IMG/VR virus record: IMGVR_UViG_3300021091_000001
Location: 96,001 to 160,000 of that record
Source: a virus
Lineage: Duplodnaviria; Caudoviricetes
Length of the DNA: 64,000 bases
Reading direction: 5' to 3' (one strand)
A model generated the notes under the pieces. The model did no database searches and was not told the DNA's origin. It saw only the letters and a list, made by a program, of their open reading frames with translations. The position numbers were made by a program, and so were the translations under genes. This document shows positions 1 through 7,713 of this stretch, in pieces. Positions within the stretch are counted from its first letter, which is position 1. Every line of letters starts with the position of its first letter.

Positions 1-393
1 ATATCTTGGTCTTTGAATTGGATATGCTCCGCCATTTGGAAATGCCATAGCAACTTCGTGATTAGATTCCAAATAAGATGCTAACTTTAGGTCCCAACCT
101 GGAGTATGTATATATGCATCGTTGTCTATGTAGGCAACGTTGTTAGTTTCTGCCCATTCCAATATTGTATTAACAGCTCCTGGATATCTAAGATTCTCCT
201 CTAAAAATAAAGGAATAATTCTATTGTCTTCTGCTGCGTGTTTTTCTATAACTGGTCTAACTTCTGAATCTGGAGAATTATTATCAACAACTAAAAGTCT
301 CCAGTCCGATTGTGAATTCTGCCTAATTAATCTTATACATTGATCTAACTTATGCGGGTTATTATAACTCGCAATACCCATATCTATTCTCAT
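1..393 (-). CDS. Family 2 glycosyltransferase, 3' end runs off the window
   Basis: Hand translation from ATG at 393: MRIDMGIASYNNPHKLDQCI...LLVVDNNSPD...YPGAVN...VAYIDNDAYI. GT2 N-terminal motifs and a DxD-like motif. Not in the ORF track. Confidence 0.75.
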   Translation of the reverse strand, partial: MRIDMGIASYNNPHKLDQCIRLIRQNSQSDWRLLVVDNNSPDSEVRPVIEKHAAEDNRIIPLFLEENLRYPGAVNTILEWAETNNVAYIDNDAYIHTPGWDLKLASYLESNHEVAMAFPNGGAYPIQRPRY

Positions 394-1127
394 GGCTTAA
401 TCCACCATTGACCATTATCATGAAGAACAAAACCTATCTTCTGCATAGTGGGGATCCATTCTGTCTCATACTTATTATTTATTGAAAGATGCATTGGTAT
501 AGAATCACCATGCTCTGCATCACCAATACCAAAAGCATTTTGTGCTATAAACGCACCATTCTTTTTTAAACATTTAAAAACAGCAACACACCATTCTTCA
601 ACATTGATAACATGCTCTAAGAAATCAAGTGCTACCACTGCATCAAACTGATTGGTACCTAACTTGGGCATGAAATTGTCTGTAAATAGAGTCGATATTT
701 TTAACTCAGGATTTTTAGAGAATCTAAACTGTGCAAAACTTGCCGTTTTACTATTTTCTAGATCGTGGTATGTAACATTAATTTGTTTTTTAGCCATAGC
801 TAAACTAAGGGTTCCAATTCCATCTCCTATGTTTAGGACATTTTTTCTATCAGTATGAAATAATCCTAAAGATATTCCTTCGCACATTCCAGAATAATTA
901 AAGCCATTGTCTAAATGGTAAGTAGATAGCTCCCAAATATATGCGGTGGTATTCCTATACCAATTAAGTAGTGAATCTGGATTATTAGTATCTGTATTGT
1001 TTGATTTAAAATCTTCTGCAACCATGGCATGGTTTGCGTGAAAGCCTAAAGATAATCTATTTCTAGCTTCGCTCTCTTGAATACCTAAAAATTCTGCTAT
1101 GTGTGCTGACTGTATATCTAAATTCAT
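390..1127 (-). CDS. Class I SAM-dependent methyltransferase
   Basis: Motif I VLNIGDGIG, then FDAVVALDFLEHV and LKKNGAFI. Confidence 0.8.
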   Translation of the reverse strand: MNLDIQSAHIAEFLGIQESEARNRLSLGFHANHAMVAEDFKSNNTDTNNPDSLLNWYRNTTAYIWELSTYHLDNGFNYSGMCEGISLGLFHTDRKNVLNIGDGIGTLSLAMAKKQINVTYHDLENSKTASFAQFRFSKNPELKISTLFTDNFMPKLGTNQFDAVVALDFLEHVINVEEWCVAVFKCLKKNGAFIAQNAFGIGDAEHGDSIPMHLSINNKYETEWIPTMQKIGFVLHDNGQWWIKP

Positions 1128-1999
1128 TTTTTAGCTTTCTTCCATTCTAAGTAAGATCTTTTTAATCCGTCTGCGTATTCTGTTTTATAAATAGATTGTC
1201 CACTTTCCCATGATGTATCAGCTGGTCTTTTTATATGATTTGGAAAATCTAGATAAGAAGCTGGTTCCACTATTATATCCTCTTCTATAAATGATTGGAT
1301 ATCTTTAGCTATTGAAAATCTAGAGCAAGTAATGGGATTTCCTAGGTGAAATATTTTATCATTATACTCACTAAAGTTTTCTACTATATCCCAAAGAACG
1401 TCTGCTACATCAAAGGCAAAGACTGGGGAGAAATATCTATCGTCTACCTGTTTTTGATTAGTTGTCTCAAAAATCATTTCTAGTGGATTTTTTCTTCCAA
1501 CATTTTGAAATGGTCTAGTGCCCAAAACAAATGTCGACCTAACAACTTTGGCATTTTTATATTGCAGTACAAGTGTTTCAGCTAAAGCTTTTTGTCTCCC
1601 ATAAAATGTAATTGGGTCTGGCAAAGAGCATGGATTGTATGGAGGATTATCTCCACTAAAAATTCCTTGCGTACTTACCTGAACTACATCCGCTTTATTG
1701 TTAGCAGCCCACTTACAAATGTTCACTGGTAGAGTTACATTTGAATCATAATATTTATTAGGATCTAATTCAACTTTGTCTACGGTATTTTCTCCAGCCA
1801 AATTAACAATAACATTTGGGTTGAATCTATCTAAGAAGTGATTAACATTTTGCCTATTAATATCAAAGTCAATCCAAACTTCAAAGGACTCTCTTGATCT
1901 TCTAGTATAAATTGCATCTAGATTGTTAGGTTGATTGATGATCATATGCTGACCAATAATTCCACCAGCACCAAATACTACGACTTTTTTATTGTGCAC
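1124..1999 (-). CDS. NAD(P)-dependent dTDP-4-dehydrorhamnose reductase-like (RmlD-like) SDR
   Basis: VVFGAGGIIG Rossmann motif, VNLAG, VQVSTQGIFSG, YGRQK (YxxxK). Confidence 0.8.
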   Translation of the reverse strand: MHNKKVVVFGAGGIIGQHMIINQPNNLDAIYTRRSRESFEVWIDFDINRQNVNHFLDRFNPNVIVNLAGENTVDKVELDPNKYYDSNVTLPVNICKWAANNKADVVQVSTQGIFSGDNPPYNPCSLPDPITFYGRQKALAETLVLQYKNAKVVRSTFVLGTRPFQNVGRKNPLEMIFETTNQKQVDDRYFSPVFAFDVADVLWDIVENFSEYNDKIFHLGNPITCSRFSIAKDIQSFIEEDIIVEPASYLDFPNHIKRPADTSWESGQSIYKTEYADGLKRSYLEWKKAKK

Positions 2000-2225
2000 T
2001 GTCTTTTCGCCATTTCCACATATTTATGCAGTTTACACACTGCCATAGAAACCACAATGCTAAAAATCCTGGCTTATTAAATATAAGAGAATAGACAAAC
2101 CAAGGAATAGAATGTAGTGAAACTATTAAATGACCATACCATTTTTTGTTTCCAATAAAATACATCCCACTAGCACCAATTAGTCCCATAAAAAATAGAA
2201 GCCATGTCCAAACAGTTTCGCTCAC
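1989..2225 (-). CDS. Small multi-pass membrane protein, PnuC-like
   Basis: 78 aa, three hydrophobic Trp-rich segments. Confidence 0.5.
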   Translation of the reverse strand: MSETVWTWLLFFMGLIGASGMYFIGNKKWYGHLIVSLHSIPWFVYSLIFNKPGFLALWFLWQCVNCINMWKWRKDSAQ

Positions 2226-2623
2226 AAAGAAGTGCCTTTTTCAATAAGTTCAAATCCATTTTCTCTATCATAGAATAGATAATCATACGAATAGAAGTTA
2301 AAAAACTTATCTAAATCTTCTATAACCTTTTTAGAATCAAGTGCACCACAAGTATAAACATCAAACTGTAAAAGTGCTGGATATTGTTCATCCCAAACAT
2401 GAAACGCTATATGTGATGTTTCTATCATCACTACTGCAGTTGAACCTCTATTGCCAATTTGATTTACATATGAAGAGAATGGACCTTGTAGTATCTTCAT
2501 ATTCAATGAGTCTACGAACTGTTCCAACCAGTCAATAACTTGCATGGGAGATTTTGGTGCATTGTTAATTTTTGCTCTTAACATCAAGTGCTTATGAAAA
2601 GGCTTTTTTATATCGTACGTCAT
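2222..2623 (-). CDS. speD: Pyruvoyl-dependent S-adenosylmethionine decarboxylase-like proenzyme (SpeD family)
   Basis: HKHL at the N-terminus, G-x-T-AVVMIET|SHIAFHVWDE self-cleavage region, LQFDVYTCG. Confidence 0.8.
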   Translation of the reverse strand: MTYDIKKPFHKHLMLRAKINNAPKSPMQVIDWLEQFVDSLNMKILQGPFSSYVNQIGNRGSTAVVMIETSHIAFHVWDEQYPALLQFDVYTCGALDSKKVIEDLDKFFNFYSYDYLFYDRENGFELIEKGTSL

Positions 2624-2627
2624 CTGG

Positions 2628-2658
2628 TTCCTTCTGTAATAGAAGGAATATTATAGCA
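2628..2658 (-). promoter_or_regulatory. Extended -10 promoter plus a hairpin that covers the speD Shine-Dalgarno sequence
   Basis: Minus strand reads TGC-TATAAT-A-TTCCTTCT-ATTAC-AGAAGGAA-CCAG-ATG. The 3' arm of the 8-bp stem is the SD. Confidence 0.5.
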
Positions 2659-2737
2659 TACGCAGTCGCAGAATTATCTCTTTATTAAGAGAGATATATA
2701 CATCACTGTAATAAGTAAAATGAATGCTATCAACATA

Positions 2738-2959
2738 TTAATCAAAGCTCATTACTTTATTAATTAAAAAAAAGAGACGCATCAAGTCATTGTTATATAT
2801 ACTATAAACATGACTTGTACCGTCTTTTGACGTTATCGTAAGAGTATGTGCCATCACAAGCTCTCCCTCAGTATTTATCATCGAGGTTTCTTTTGTTAAA
2901 TGAATCTGATTTATCATTGGCATAAAGCCACTAAAAGATTCTTCTGTTTCTTCAAACAT
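2738..2959 (-). CDS. Hypothetical protein
   Basis: 73-aa ORF; its ATG overlaps the upstream stop codon. Confidence 0.6.
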   Translation of the reverse strand: MFEETEESFSGFMPMINQIHLTKETSMINTEGELVMAHTLTITSKDGTSHVYSIYNNDLMRLFFLINKVMSFD

Positions 2960-3237
2960 TATTTTTTCTTTTTACTAAAAGTTGCCACATTCTTTGGAGC
3001 TTGACCCTTGACTCCTTTTGTCGGGGTTCCAGATCTTCTTTTTCTTTGAACTGCGCTTTTTCTTTGCGATGCTGACATAGACTTAGCTTTTGCTGCAGGA
3101 ACACATTTCGCATAGCCTGACCCTCCAGCTCCAGAGGTACCGCATGGTTGGAACTTGCCCTTTTTCTTAGGCGCTCCAATGTTAACCCATTTTTGGTTAA
3201 ACCATTTAGTAAGTCCGACACCCTTTGGGCCAGGCAT
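2959..3237 (-). CDS. Small basic protein, DUF5872-like
   Basis: MPGPKGVGLTKWFNQKWV...PCG...YAKCVP; K/R-rich. Start moved to the ATG at 3237. Confidence 0.6.
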   Translation of the reverse strand: MPGPKGVGLTKWFNQKWVNIGAPKKKGKFQPCGTSGAGGSGYAKCVPAAKAKSMSASQRKSAVQRKRRSGTPTKGVKGQAPKNVATFSKKKK

Positions 3238-3241
3238 TACT

Positions 3242-3418
3242 TTACTTCTTCTTAGATTTCTTAGTAGATGTAGTTCTCCATCCACCGCCCATTGACTTAT
3301 ACTTCTTTACTGCCCAAGCATTAGCGTAGGCTGAAGGATATACGTCAAATTTAGCTCTTGCCTGGGACTTTGCTGAAGACCAAAGTGCTGGCTTAGTTGG
3401 CTTGTTTACTTTTGCCAT
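3242..3418 (-). CDS. Small basic protein, DUF5872-like
   Basis: MAKVNKPTKPALWSSAKSQARAKFDVYPSAYANAWAVKKYKSMGGGW; ATG at 3418. Confidence 0.65.
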   Translation of the reverse strand: MAKVNKPTKPALWSSAKSQARAKFDVYPSAYANAWAVKKYKSMGGGWRTTSTKKSKKK

Positions 3419-3419
3419 T

Positions 3420-3629
3420 TTACTTCTTCTTTCTTTTAGCTGAAATTTTCCTAAGAGTCTTAGCCAAGTTGGCTTGACGAACAGTAGTTGGACTATACCT
3501 GCTAGGGTTCTTGGTAACAGCAGATGCCATTCCAGCAACTGATTTACCAGCTTTCTTAGCTTTAGCAGTGAATGCGCCTGGTCGCTTAATTGCTCCCTGG
3601 ATCCACTTCTTATCCTTCTTGGCTGCCAA
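3420..3629 (-). CDS. Small Lys/Ala-rich basic protein
   Basis: KKWIQGAIKRPGAFTAKAKKAG...RQANLAKTLRK; tightly packed with its neighbours. Confidence 0.65.
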   Translation of the reverse strand: MAAKKDKKWIQGAIKRPGAFTAKAKKAGKSVAGMASAVTKNPSRYSPTTVRQANLAKTLRKISAKRKKK

Positions 3630-3631
3630 TA

Positions 3632-3799
3632 TTACTTGCCCTTCTTCTTCTTGTTCATAATTGCTTTTTGAATAAATGGAGGAAGCTTCTTTTGGGCAGT
3701 TGTAAGACCATTTGTCTTTGCAGCACCTTTCTTCATTGCACCCTTTTTTGGTGCGCTCTTCTTCATTGCCATTTTATCCTTCTTCATACCATAAGTCAT
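3632..3799 (-). CDS. Small Lys/Met-rich basic protein (55 aa)
   Basis: Hand translation MTYGMKKDKMAMKKSAPKKGAMKKG...QKKLPPFIQKAIMNKKKKGK; below the ORF-track size cut-off. Confidence 0.6.
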   Translation of the reverse strand: MTYGMKKDKMAMKKSAPKKGAMKKGAAKTNGLTTAQKKLPPFIQKAIMNKKKKGK

Positions 3800-3801
3800 A
3801 A

Positions 3802-3927
3802 TTAATATCCCATCTTCTTATTTGATGATTTTTTTGTCATCTTTTTACCTGTTTTTTTAGCGTATGCTTTGGCTTTCTTTTCGCCAGCCTTTGTATAGGC
3901 AAACATTTTATTTCCTACTTTTGGCAT
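3802..3927 (-). CDS. Small basic protein (41 aa)
   Basis: Hand translation MPKVGNKMFAYTKAGEKKAKAYAKKTGKKMTKKSSNKKMGY. Confidence 0.6.
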   Translation of the reverse strand: MPKVGNKMFAYTKAGEKKAKAYAKKTGKKMTKKSSNKKMGY

Positions 3928-3928
3928 T

Positions 3929-4192
3929 TTACTCTCCTTTTTTAGAAGTTTTTTCTTTATTTATTTTTTTCATATGCCAAGATATATGGCCATCTAGCTT
4001 GTCGTCAACCTTATAAACTTGCTCATCAACATGATCAATTTTATGATGTAAGTTAATTATATCATCTTTAACATTCAAAATCATGTTTGATACTTGGTTG
4101 TGATCCGCCTTATTCTCTGCTCTTCCTTTTTGGACTAAAGATGCAATTACGGCCCCGACGGCAGCAATAACTGCCACAATAATAGCTTCCAT
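3929..4192 (-). CDS. N-terminal membrane anchor plus coiled coil (holin-like or lysis accessory protein)
   Basis: MEAIIVAVIAAVGAVIASLV hydrophobic helix followed by a heptad-rich segment. Confidence 0.5.
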   Translation of the reverse strand: MEAIIVAVIAAVGAVIASLVQKGRAENKADHNQVSNMILNVKDDIINLHHKIDHVDEQVYKVDDKLDGHISWHMKKINKEKTSKKGE

Positions 4193-4193
4193 T

Positions 4194-4505
4194 TTATGAT
4201 CCCTTAATCCATTTTTTGGAGGAAGACTTTGTTTTACTTGGGCTCCACTTTACCCTATTGGCCCAATAGGCGGCGGACATTTTACCTTTAGAAATGTTCT
4301 TTGAATGGCGCGATGCAAAAGCTTTTCTTTGTCCAACAGTTTGGTTTGTTTTAACACCCTGTTGACCAAAACGAATAGTCTTAACCTGCGATCCTGATTT
4401 AGCAACTACTACATGAGACTTAGTTGGGTGATTTGGTGTTCTCTTTGGCTTATTATAACCAGAGACACCAGCACTTTTTAATCTGGAATCCTTTTTTGCT
4501 GCCAT
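4194..4505 (-). CDS. Small basic protein, DUF6321-like
   Basis: KPKRTPNHPTKSHVVVAK...KTIRFGQQG...SAAYWANRVKW. Confidence 0.65.
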   Translation of the reverse strand: MAAKKDSRLKSAGVSGYNKPKRTPNHPTKSHVVVAKSGSQVKTIRFGQQGVKTNQTVGQRKAFASRHSKNISKGKMSAAYWANRVKWSPSKTKSSSKKWIKGS

Positions 4506-4627
4506 TACTTTTTCCTTTTAGAACGATTTTTTCTTTTTGCTTTGGTGTTTTTTAATTCTATTCCATTCATATAATTATTAGTTCCCATTCTTGGTCCACT
4601 AATATATATTTTTTTTGTAGTTTGCAT
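4505..4627 (-). CDS. Small basic protein (40 aa)
   Basis: Hand translation MQTTKKIYISGPRMGTNNYMNGIELKNTKAKKKNRSKRKK; TAATG overlaps at both ends. Confidence 0.55.
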   Translation of the reverse strand: MQTTKKIYISGPRMGTNNYMNGIELKNTKAKRKNRSKRKK

Positions 4628-4794
4628 TACTTTCTCTTTTTCTTTTTTGCTGTTGAGATAGCAATGGCTATTGCTTGTTTTCTGTTTTTAACAACAGGAC
4701 CACCTTTTCCAGAATGAAGAGTTCCTTTTCCAAATTCTCCCATAACAGTTTTAATCTTTTTTTGATATGCTGTCATCTTTTTTTTCGCTGGCAT
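4627..4794 (-). CDS. Small basic protein, DUF6496-like (55 aa)
   Basis: Hand translation ...KKIKTVMGEFGKGTLHSGKGGPVVKNRKQAIAIAISTAKKKKRK. Confidence 0.65.
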   Translation of the reverse strand: MPAKKKMTAYQKKIKTVMGEFGKGTLHSGKGGPVVKNRKQAIAIAISTAKKKKRK

Positions 4795-4860
4795 TTGGTT
4801 TTACCTTTGGCTTTACGCCCTCCTTAGACACTTTACGGAATTTGGCTGTAGACATAAGGT

Positions 4861-4869
4861 ATATAGTAA
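4861..4869 (-). promoter_or_regulatory. Candidate phage late-promoter motif TTACTATAT
   Basis: Same 9-mer is intergenic at 4861, 5263 and 30459, each upstream of a likely late gene. This copy directly follows a terminator. Confidence 0.45.
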
Positions 4870-4913
4870 TAAAAAAAAGACCTCCTTAAACCCTTAAGTT
4901 GAAGGAGGTCTTT
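4870..4913 (-). terminator. Intrinsic terminator
   Basis: AAAGACCTCCTT / AAGGAGGTCTTT inverted repeat followed by a T-run on the minus strand, just after the stop at 4921. Confidence 0.75.
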
Positions 4914-4920
4914 AAATTAT

Positions 4921-5220
4921 TTAGCTTTTTTTCTTAGGTCTACCTTTTGGCTTTGGCTCAGTTGATTCTTGTTTCGCTGCTGGCTTTTTAGCAGCCTTTG
5001 GCACTTTGCTTTCAACTGCCTTTGCTACTTTTTTAGTTTCTTTAACTGTAGTATCAACAATGTTTTCTACAGCCTCATTTGCTACCTCAGCAACATCTTT
5101 AATGTCTTCGGCAACCTTGCTAATAACTGAATTAATGACTTTTTCTTGTACAGTAGAAGCATTCTTTTTCTTAAACTTTAAGATTAAAGAAGCCCATTTG
5201 TTAGCTAACTTGTTAATCAT
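4921..5220 (-). CDS. Hypothetical protein with a Lys/Ala/Pro-rich (histone H1-like) C-terminus
   Basis: ...KVPKAAKKPAAKQESTEPKPKGRPKKKS; GAGGT RBS. Confidence 0.6.
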   Translation of the reverse strand: MINKLANKWASLILKFKKKNASTVQEKVINSVISKVAEDIKDVAEVANEAVENIVDTTVKETKKVAKAVESKVPKAAKKPAAKQESTEPKPKGRPKKKS

Positions 5221-5262
5221 TTTTACCTCTATTTAAATAATTGAATTAATTCATTGTATATA

Positions 5263-5271
5263 ATATAGTAA
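5263..5271 (-). promoter_or_regulatory. Candidate phage late-promoter motif TTACTATAT
   Basis: Intergenic copy 43 nt upstream of the ATG at 5220. Confidence 0.45.
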
Positions 5272-5297
5272 ATATTTACCGTGCGCAAACTCAGGAG

Positions 5298-5618
5298 CTA
5301 CTTACCCTGCTGAGATTCTTTAATTAAAGTATATCTCTCTCCAGTTTCTTTTGAAACCATAGCGAAACCATCTGCTGCAGCTAGTTTAATAGCCTCAGCT
5401 AATGCCTCCCTATCTAACGGATCAACGTTAGACAAAGGAATGGTTACCCCTGCATACACATCTATATTTTCAAAGTTTCCTATATTAATTTTACGATTAA
5501 CTCCACATATAAACACTGGGTTTGTTGATATAGATATCTCTTGTGCCATTAAATTAACTACCTGTTCTATTGGGGATTCTATTGACTGCTCAAATGCATT
5601 TTTTGATATTTTAGGCAT
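5298..5618 (-). CDS. Hypothetical protein
   Basis: 106-aa ORF overlapping the upstream stop codon. Confidence 0.65.
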   Translation of the reverse strand: MPKISKNAFEQSIESPIEQVVNLMAQEISISTNPVFICGVNRKINIGNFENIDVYAGVTIPLSNVDPLDREALAEAIKLAAADGFAMVSKETGERYTLIKESQQGK

Positions 5619-6396
5619 TTTGTTCTTTCAAAATACCTATTGTTTTAATAGTTTCCATCGCTTGTTCTTCTATGGACATATTATCAGTTCTAATTATATA
5701 TGAAGCCATCTCTTTGATCAAGTCGATTTCTTGTTCTGATCTATGACTCGTCTGCTCTTGAGACATGAGCTTACCATCTCTCTTTAGAATTCTATTATCT
5801 AAAGTAGACTGGTCTGCATCAAAACAAACGACTATTCCATTGGGTTGTTTTAGTATTCTTTCTGCCTCATTAAAAAATCTAACATCAGATATAAAGACAA
5901 CAAAGGGGAGCTCTTCTTCATCCTCTACAATGGATTTGCGATACTGTTGATACAGTTTCACGCACTTCGCAACGCCCCATTTTGCAAAGCAGTCTTCATA
6001 ATCTTTTCTACATATATCTCCAGCTTTTTGGAGAAATGTTCTTGGCTTTATGCCATTAGGCTCTATTGGCATAGAGTATATGTCTTTAACCCTAGAAACT
6101 AGGTTGTCATAACTGGGAACCAAACCAAGAGCAGAACCACCATAGATATCAAATAATGTTTCATGAATAGCATACAATTGTCTATCTTCTTCGTTAACAC
6201 CTTTAATCGATTTCTTGATCGAAGCAAGTTCGTATAAAGGAAGTGCATAAAATATATGGTCCCACTTAGTTCCATAGATTTTAGAATCAATTGCCCCTTT
6301 TGGAACAAAGTATTCTGCAACAGATGTCTTTCCACTGCCAGCTTTACCAGCAAGACCAACAATTATCGGCATTTCTTTTCTGTATGTCTTTTGCAT
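5611..6396 (-). CDS. Deoxynucleoside monophosphate kinase
   Basis: IVGLAGKAGSGKT P-loop, PRTFLQKAG, VFISDVRFFNE, HRSE. Confidence 0.8.
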   Translation of the reverse strand: MQKTYRKEMPIIVGLAGKAGSGKTSVAEYFVPKGAIDSKIYGTKWDHIFYALPLYELASIKKSIKGVNEEDRQLYAIHETLFDIYGGSALGLVPSYDNLVSRVKDIYSMPIEPNGIKPRTFLQKAGDICRKDYEDCFAKWGVAKCVKLYQQYRKSIVEDEEELPFVVFISDVRFFNEAERILKQPNGIVVCFDADQSTLDNRILKRDGKLMSQEQTSHRSEQEIDLIKEMASYIIRTDNMSIEEQAMETIKTIGILKEQNA

Positions 6397-6413
6397 ATTG
6401 TTTATATTACCAC

Positions 6414-6848
6414 TTATCTGTCTAGATTTCTTGTTCTTCTAATATCTAATTGATCTAGGAATTCATTAGCTAAAGCATCTGCTTCCCAAACAAAGCCTCT
6501 TTCAACCTGAACAACTCTGAAATTATATTCAGATCCTATATCCTCAATGGTCATCAATAATGGCATAAGAGAACTGTTCTTGCATTTCCATTTTCCATTA
6601 ATTTGATTTGCAACAACCGCAGAATCAGTATAAATAATTGGATCAACAAGATCAGACATAGAACATATTAATAAAGCTGCTATAACAGCTTCATACTCAG
6701 CTTCGTTATTTGTTCTTGGACCTAAGCCTCTAGCAAACTGAGCTACTTTTCTTCTATTTTTATAGACTACAGCTGCACAAGATGCTTCACCAAACTTTTT
6801 TTGACCTTGACCCCTAGAAGCCCCATCACAAAATACTTCAACATTCAT
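6414..6848 (-). CDS. rnhA: Ribonuclease HI
   Basis: FCDGASRG, TNNEAEYEAVI, YTDSAVVANQING, EADALAN acidic catalytic residues. Confidence 0.85.
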   Translation of the reverse strand: MNVEVFCDGASRGQGQKKFGEASCAAVVYKNRRKVAQFARGLGPRTNNEAEYEAVIAALLICSMSDLVDPIIYTDSAVVANQINGKWKCKNSSLMPLLMTIEDIGSEYNFRVVQVERGFVWEADALANEFLDQLDIRRTRNLDR

Positions 6849-7002
6849 CTTTGATTCTCATTAGATTTGAGTATATGTCAAGCACTAGGTCTAAAAGTTC
6901 CGAAGTAGGAATAAAATTCCTGTTTGAATCAGAACAGAATGAAATAAGAACTTCTATATCATATTTCATTTTTACAAATTGATCTTCAGTTAACTTGTAC
7001 AT
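6838..7002 (-). CDS. Small hypothetical protein (54 aa)
   Basis: Hand-translated ORF filling the gap, overlapping both neighbours. Confidence 0.45.
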   Translation of the reverse strand: MYKLTEDQFVKMKYDIEVLISFCSDSNRNFIPTSELLDLVLDIYSNLMRIKDEC

Positions 7003-7195
7003 CTTTTGGTATTCCTAATTGATCTGCTCTGTCACACATTCTTTTGTATATTGAATCTGAAGGAACCACGTAGGTAGATTGTAGCAAGTATCTATCTGAA
7101 TTAACCTGAACTTGTGTTGGAAAATCCAGAGTAGATCTTTTTTGAGAATAAAATTCTTTATTAGAAGAAACTGATTTGTAATGACCCACGTACAT
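6986..7195 (-). CDS. Hypothetical protein
   Basis: 69-aa ORF in operon context. Confidence 0.55.
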   Translation of the reverse strand: MYVGHYKSVSSNKEFYSQKRSTLDFPTQVQVNSDRYLLQSTYVVPSDSIYKRMCDRADQLGIPKDVQVN

Positions 7196-7203
7196 ATATT
7201 GCC

Positions 7204-7713
7204 CTAAAAGGTGCTGAAATCTTTTTCAGAGAAAAAGCCCTTATCCTCTCTTGAAGTTGCGACCTGCATAGTTTGGACTTTGTCCATTAGTTTTCTTGCT
7301 GACTCAGAAGATATTCTTGCAGCTGCTTCCATGGATTCTGCCAATTGGACTACTGCCTCTACAGCGGTCAAAGCCATGTATTCTTTTTCTGCTGCTGCAA
7401 TAGCGCTTGCTTCTCTTTCGGCCTCATTTTTACCAACCCTACTGGCTTTATAAACCTTTTTATATTTACCCTCAAGCAGTTTATACTGAGCCCTAGCTAT
7501 TCCGGCAAACCTAGCTGCCCTACCATATACGTTAGATGCTCGAGCTACCAGTGAAGCCAAGTCGTTGATAGTTAGATCAACATAATTGGCATCTGGTATT
7601 TCAATATAGTATTTATCAAGATCTTTTGAGTTAGCAAAAGCTTTTACTATTTCTTGAAGCTGAGGATTAAGAAAATTATACAGCGTTGTTAATATATCTT
7701 CTTGATTATTCAA
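7204..7713 (-). CDS. Helical / coiled-coil hypothetical protein
   Basis: Long Ala/Glu/Lys helical segments; sits in the recombination module. Confidence 0.6.
   Translation of the reverse strand: MNNQEDILTTLYNFLNPQLQEIVKAFANSKDLDKYYIEIPDANYVDLTINDLASLVARASNVYGRAARFAGIARAQYKLLEGKYKKVYKASRVGKNEAEREASAIAAAEKEYMALTAVEAVVQLAESMEAAARISSESARKLMDKVQTMQVATSREDKGFFSEKDFSTF

Noticed and set aside
2674-2736. 20-aa hydrophobic micro-ORF (MLIAFILLITVMYISLLIKR)
   Set aside because: Too short and AT-rich to distinguish from chance, with no clear RBS; not listed as a feature.
2952-3538. Overlapping ORF 2952..3221 and the 5' extensions of 2959..3285 and 3242..3538
   Set aside because: Alternative-frame shadows of neighbouring genes; the downstream ATGs at 3237 and 3418 give non-overlapping, tightly packed genes.
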